Source of the DNA: Obrimoposthia wandeli
Lineage: Eukaryota
Length of the DNA: 64,000 bases
Assembly (NCBI GenBank): GCA_977020255.1
Contig: CDROCS010002266.1
Span: 1-64,000, forward strand
Reading direction: 5' to 3'
Shown in pieces: positions 62,740 through 64,000 of this stretch (the first letter of the stretch is position 1; each line of letters starts with the position of its first letter). The translations under genes and the position numbers were made by a program. The notes under the pieces are model-generated. The model had not been told where the DNA came from, ran no database searches, and saw only the letters and a list, made by a program, of their open reading frames with translations.

Positions 62740-63370
62740 TACCAATTGCACTTTCGAGGAAAGCCGGTTTGAGCCGATAAAGACGGTATTGGTTCTTTCG
62801 TTAAGTGTCTAGCACATAAAACTTTTGAGTTCTGCTAATGACTATATGGACCTTCATATGGCCATTGTAATGGAGTACGGTCACTATCGACTCGAATAAA
62901 CACATGGCTTGAGCTGGTCAATTCTTTAAGAATACTTACAGTAGTTCTGACATTGTGCCTGGACTTTGTAGCTCTCAAAATGTTTATGTGTTGCCTCAAT
63001 CTGCAGAAATGCTAATGAGTTATTCTGATCCAATTGATATGATGCTGCTTGAAATAATCCTCCTGGTAAATTCAATTTGGGGCCATACACTAACTCAGCA
63101 GAAGAACATTCCAGATCCGGTCTTGGTGCAGATTGAATACCCAACAACACTATCGATAATTCATATACCCAATTTTCATCCGAGAGTCTTTAATTGGCGA
63201 ATAAATTTTTCAACAATCCCGTTAGCTTGGGGATGATAAGAAGTAGTACGTGCTTTTGTTGACCCAAGCAGAATGTTGAATTTTGACCATAACTCGGATT
63301 CAAATTGTTGTCCATGATCACTGACGAATGACTTAGGAACACCCTAACGAAAAACCGAACCTGACATTTA
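62740..63370 (-). mobile_element. Gypsy integrase remnant
   Basis: LLGIQSAPRPDLECSSAELVYGPKLNLPG, and an upstream segment resembling TTSYHP.ANG.VE. Confidence 0.75.
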
Positions 63371-64000
63371 GTGCCCTTGCACATGTCACTGCTGTTACAG
63401 CCAAGTATTGGAGCCCCAGGCGCAAACGAGTCAATGGTGGCAGAATTGGACGAGGACGAGTGGCACCTGTTCACTGACGATTGGGATGGTCTAACTCCAA
63501 CTCCGATAGTCGACAATACGGTGCCTGAACCGTCAGAAGGCTGTAATTTCCGATACGTACTGTTAGGAGAATAAATGCGACGAGTGAGGTTAGACTAATA
63601 ATTTATTTAAAATGTTTTTTTAATTTCATTTTCAGAAACTTCAACTGGATTTGGCACCGTCAGTGAACACAGCGGAGCGGCTAATTGAACCGCAGTTCTT
63701 GGTGAGTCAATGCAGCCAGGAGGATCCAAGGAGTGAACAGCAATACCTACCGACTCCGGATAACATTGAAGTAAATTATTGTAAATTAGACAATAATTTT
63801 AATTATTCACAAAGAAACGGACAAAGCATGCAGAGGTGAAGAAGACGAAGCACTCGAGAAAATGTCGCACCACAATGCTCAATTCTTCTGAGGCGGTGAT
63901 TGAATGGCAGAAATTTTGAATATTATTTTTTCTTTTGACTTTATTGATTATTTTGTGTTAAATAATTGTCTAAATATTTACATAAGCATACAAAAAATAA

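Noticed and set aside
63400-63900. Start of another host gene
   Set aside because: There are exon-like stretches with a possible acceptor at about 63636, but no recognisable domain or consistent splice model.

Overview
Eukaryotic, AT-rich animal genomic DNA; the species cannot be determined from the window. There are two clear host genes. One is an NK2-class homeobox gene (29089-30617, +). The other is the RNA polymerase II largest subunit RPB1/POLR2A (3 exons, 52239-61821, +), whose CTD has no canonical YSPTSPS heptad and whose first intron holds an 18S rRNA fragment. Most of the rest is nested, decayed mobile DNA: Gypsy and Bel/Pao retroelement remnants, a family of long solo-LTR-like elements, hAT/Tc1/mariner remnants, and several pieces of Polinton/Maverick-type elements (pPolB, packaging ATPase, AGTAG/ACTACT-type termini). 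Four unusual systems stand out. (1) The Polinton-associated segments carry short GT-AG introns and a divergent TBP-like gene, and two of their ends carry homologous telomere-variant arrays in true telomere polarity. (2) One LTR holds 12 irregularly spaced hairpins with covarying stems. (3) A compact accessory-gene array at 0.5-5.7 kb holds a dual-specificity phosphatase, membrane proteins and three RING-H2 paralogues that share an extra Cys4 motif, one ending in a SIM-like motif. (4) The RPB1 CTD is rebuilt from YSPVSPG and di-heptad-plus-spacer units. All homology calls come from motifs recognised by eye; no database search was run.
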